Shown: positions 51,196 to 53,769 of the stretch, in pieces
How the letters are laid out: each line of letters opens with the position of its first letter
How positions within the stretch are numbered: position 1 is the stretch's first letter
The notes under the pieces: generated by a model
Database searches by the model: none
The model's input: the letters and a program-made list of their open reading frames with translations, nothing else
What the model was told of the DNA's origin: nothing
Program-made: the position numbers and the translations under genes
Assembly: GCA_046075565.1 (NCBI GenBank)
Contig: JBJTQJ010000090.1
Location: 1 to 53,769 of the forward strand
DNA length: 53,769 bases
DNA from: Verrucomicrobiales bacterium
GTDB lineage: Bacteria > Verrucomicrobiota > Verrucomicrobiia > Verrucomicrobiales > SLCJ01
Direction of reading: 5' to 3'

Positions 51196-52935
51196 ATGAG
51201 CCAGAAACAAAACGAAAACTGGGGCAGCCAATTGGGTGTCATCATGGCTGTGTCCGGCAGCGCTGTCGGTCTCGGCAACTTCCTCCGCTTCCCCGGCAAA
51301 GCCGCGATCTACGGGGGAGGGGCCTTCATGCTCGCCTATTTCATTTCCCTGCTCATCATCGGGATCCCCGTGGCTTGGGCCGAATGGACCCTCGGGCGCA
51401 AGGGCGGCACCAAGGGGTTCCACTCCGCCCCCGGCATCTTCCATGCCCTCAGCCGCAGCCGCTACGCCAAATACATCGGCGTGCTCGCCGCACTCATTCC
51501 GGTGGCCATCTACATGTATTATGTCTTCATCGAGTCCTGGTGCCTCGGCTACACGTGGAAGTTCATCACCGGGCACATGCACGGCATCGATGCGGATGCG
51601 GCGAAAGCGACTTTCGATGGTTTCACCGGCGCATCGAAGGATGGCGCGGTCTTCGAATCCGGTCTCAACGGCGCCCTGCCCTTCCTGCTCGCCTGTATCG
51701 TGATGAACTTCGTGCTCATCTACCGCGGGCTTTCCAAAGGGATCGAGAAATTCTGCACCTATGCCATGCCGGCTCTGGTCATCCTCGCCATCATCGTGCT
51801 GGTGCGGGTACTCACCCTCGGCACCCCCGACCCGGCCAAGCCGCACAACAATGTCGCCAACGGCCTCGGTTACATGTGGAACCCGGAAAAGATCGTGGTC
51901 ATGGTCCAGCAACCGGACGGGAAGTTCAAACAAGACCGGGAGGTGGTCGGCGAAGCCACCATCGCGGAAGCGAAGGCGGAAGCCGCCGCCAGCCAGGGCA
52001 AAATTGAAGTGCGCGAGATCGGTATGCTCCAGCAGTTGAAAAAGCCCGACCTCTGGCTCGAAGCGGCCGGCCAGATCTTCTTTTCCCTGTCCGTCGGTTT
52101 CGGGGTCATCCTCGTTTATGCCAGTTACATGAGGAAAAAAGATGACGTCGTGCTAAGCGGGCTCACCGCCACCAGCGCGAATGAATTCTGCGAGGTCGGA
52201 CTCGGCGGATTGATCACGCTGCCGGCCGCCGTCGCTTTCCTCGGCATCTCCGGAGTGGTCGGAATGGGAACCTTCGCGCTTGGTTTTAATGTGCTACCCC
52301 AGGTCTTTTCCCAGATGCCCGGCGGGCAATTCTTCGGCGCCGCCTTCTTCTTCCTGCTTTTCCTCGCCGCTATCACCAGTTCGCTGAGCATGCTCCAGCC
52401 CGGCATCGCCCTGATCGAGGAATCCCTCGACGTCGGAAGGAAGACTTCCGTGGCGATACTCGGATTCTTCACCACCGTCGGCACCATGTTTGTCGCCTGG
52501 TTCACCGCCGATGACTGGAAAGCCCTTGACACCATCGACTTCTGGGTCGGCACTTTCCTGCTCTTCATCCTAGCCACCATCCATATCATCCACTTCAGTT
52601 GGGTCATCGGCGTGGACAAAGGCTTGGCCTGGGCCGAGGACGGCGCCTCCATGCGCATCCCGCGCGTCTTCCGCCCGATCATGCTCTGGGTCTGCCCGAT
52701 CTTCCTGCTCACCATCTTCGGTTTGTGGGTATTGAAAAACGTCTTCGGCCTGAGCTTCGAGGGCGGGGAGGCCAAACCCAGCGGCTACGTGACCGACCTC
52801 TTCGGCGACAAGCCGAGCACCGTGGCCTGGATGAGCATCGGTCTCATCGGCTTGCTCATCATCACCATGACCCTGCTCGTCGCCCGCTCGCGTATGATGC
52901 GGGATCCCGTGAAATGGGAGCCGGGCGAACTCTAA
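51196..52935 (+). CDS. Neurotransmitter:sodium symporter (NSS/SNF) family transporter
   Basis: GSAVGLGNFLRFP, GGGAFM..Y, AAGQIFFSLSVGFG, FLAAITSSLSM. Confidence 0.95.
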   Translation: MSQKQNENWGSQLGVIMAVSGSAVGLGNFLRFPGKAAIYGGGAFMLAYFISLLIIGIPVAWAEWTLGRKGGTKGFHSAPGIFHALSRSRYAKYIGVLAALIPVAIYMYYVFIESWCLGYTWKFITGHMHGIDADAAKATFDGFTGASKDGAVFESGLNGALPFLLACIVMNFVLIYRGLSKGIEKFCTYAMPALVILAIIVLVRVLTLGTPDPAKPHNNVANGLGYMWNPEKIVVMVQQPDGKFKQDREVVGEATIAEAKAEAAASQGKIEVREIGMLQQLKKPDLWLEAAGQIFFSLSVGFGVILVYASYMRKKDDVVLSGLTATSANEFCEVGLGGLITLPAAVAFLGISGVVGMGTFALGFNVLPQVFSQMPGGQFFGAAFFFLLFLAAITSSLSMLQPGIALIEESLDVGRKTSVAILGFFTTVGTMFVAWFTADDWKALDTIDFWVGTFLLFILATIHIIHFSWVIGVDKGLAWAEDGASMRIPRVFRPIMLWVCPIFLLTIFGLWVLKNVFGLSFEGGEAKPSGYVTDLFGDKPSTVAWMSIGLIGLLIITMTLLVARSRMMRDPVKWEPGEL

Positions 52936-52959
52936 TCGACTCTTTCCACACTTCCCACC

Positions 52960-53112
52960 ATGACCACCGGCGGCCTCATCATTCTTATCCTTTCCGTGGG
53001 GTTCGTGACAATCTTGTTCGTCTTCTGTCTGATCAAGGTGCTCACGACCAGCAAGAAAGACACCCTGCACCCGTATGAAGGCGAGGTGCCCGATCCCCGG
53101 CGCGACGATTGA
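52960..53112 (+). CDS. 50-aa single-TM protein, putative MetS-like small subunit of NSS transporter
   Basis: Read directly: MTTGGLIILILSVGFVTILFVFCLIKVLTTSKKDTLHPYEGEVPDPRRDD*; fills the gap between NSS gene and yqgE; not in the ORF track. Confidence 0.8.
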   Translation: MTTGGLIILILSVGFVTILFVFCLIKVLTTSKKDTLHPYEGEVPDPRRDD

Positions 53113-53120
53113 TCGTTCCC

Positions 53121-53681
53121 ATGGCCAAAAAAGGACCATCCCAACCCCCTTCGCATCTCGAGGGCAAACTCCTGCTCGCCGAGACGACCCTGCGCGATGC
53201 GAATTTTTTCCGCAGTGTCCTGCTCCTCACGCGTCACGGGCAGGAGGGCTCGCACGGTTATGTGCTCAACCAACCCATCGATCGCAAGGTCGGTGATCTG
53301 CTCGAAGGGGAGGAATTCGAATCGCTTGCCGATGTGCCGGTATTCAAAGGCGGCCCGGTCGGCACGGAACGTCTCACCTTCGCCGCCATGGGATGGGACC
53401 ACCGCAAACGCGGCTTCCATTTCCAAAGCCATCTCTCGACCGAAGACGCCCGCGAAGCCTACCTCGCGGGCCAGGACGTGCGCGCTTACGTTGGCTACTC
53501 CGGCTGGTCGCCCAGCCAGCTTGAGAGCGAGTTGGAGCGTCATTCTTGGATCGTCGCCGAAGGCGTGCCCGCCCTCGCCGAACCCGACGCCATCCCCGAT
53601 CTCTGGAGCCGCATCCTGCGCGGACTCAGCCCATTCCACGCCATCGTCGCGCTGACTCCGGAAATGCCGGAGAGGAATTGA
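53121..53681 (+). CDS. YqgE/AlgH-family protein
   Basis: LLA...L.D.NFFRSVLL, GYVLNQP, VFKGGPV, GYSGWSPSQLESEL...SW. Confidence 0.93.
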   Translation: MAKKGPSQPPSHLEGKLLLAETTLRDANFFRSVLLLTRHGQEGSHGYVLNQPIDRKVGDLLEGEEFESLADVPVFKGGPVGTERLTFAAMGWDHRKRGFHFQSHLSTEDAREAYLAGQDVRAYVGYSGWSPSQLESELERHSWIVAEGVPALAEPDAIPDLWSRILRGLSPFHAIVALTPEMPERN

Positions 53682-53721
53682 AGTGTCGAGGAACCTTGCT
53701 GGGACGCCGCATCTGCAGCCT

Positions 53722-53747
53722 GGGAACGCCGAGCCCCAGCTCGGCAG
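53722..53747 (+). repeat. Third copy of the REP-like element seen at 9567-9644
   Basis: GGGAACGCCGAGCCCCAGCTCGGCAG identical to 9621-9646. Confidence 0.85.
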
Positions 53748-53769
53748 GTGCATGAATGGCAAACGAAAA

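Overview
GC-rich bacterial chromosome segment, almost certainly Verrucomicrobiota (Verrucomicrobiales-like). This rests on an Akkermansia Amuc_1102-1098-type pilus cluster, a giant PilX/GspK-like protein, DUF1080 proteins and pyrimidine-rich, SD-less start regions. Housekeeping and metabolic genes: rpmA, rplU, deoC with two aldehyde dehydrogenase genes, pyrG, leuS, tRNA-Pro(CGG), lpxD, lptF/G, dinG-like helicase, aroD, coaE, rho, rnd, yccA-like, an NSS transporter and yqgE. Accessory genes include a CusA/CzcA RND pump. Most notable: (i) a three-gene operon encoding a Zn-ribbon ExbB/MotA-like channel plus two different coiled-coil ExbD/MotB-like partners, only one with acidic residues at the transmembrane segment, a candidate uncharacterised ion-driven motor; (ii) several pilus-related loci, including a 1269-aa pilin-like protein with a partner and a frameshifted pilin; (iii) at least three kinds of short intergenic palindromic elements; (iv) a multi-hairpin intergenic region; (v) a 50-aa membrane ORF missing from the ORF track. 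All calls come from motif recognition by eye. No database searches were run, and start codons were chosen manually.
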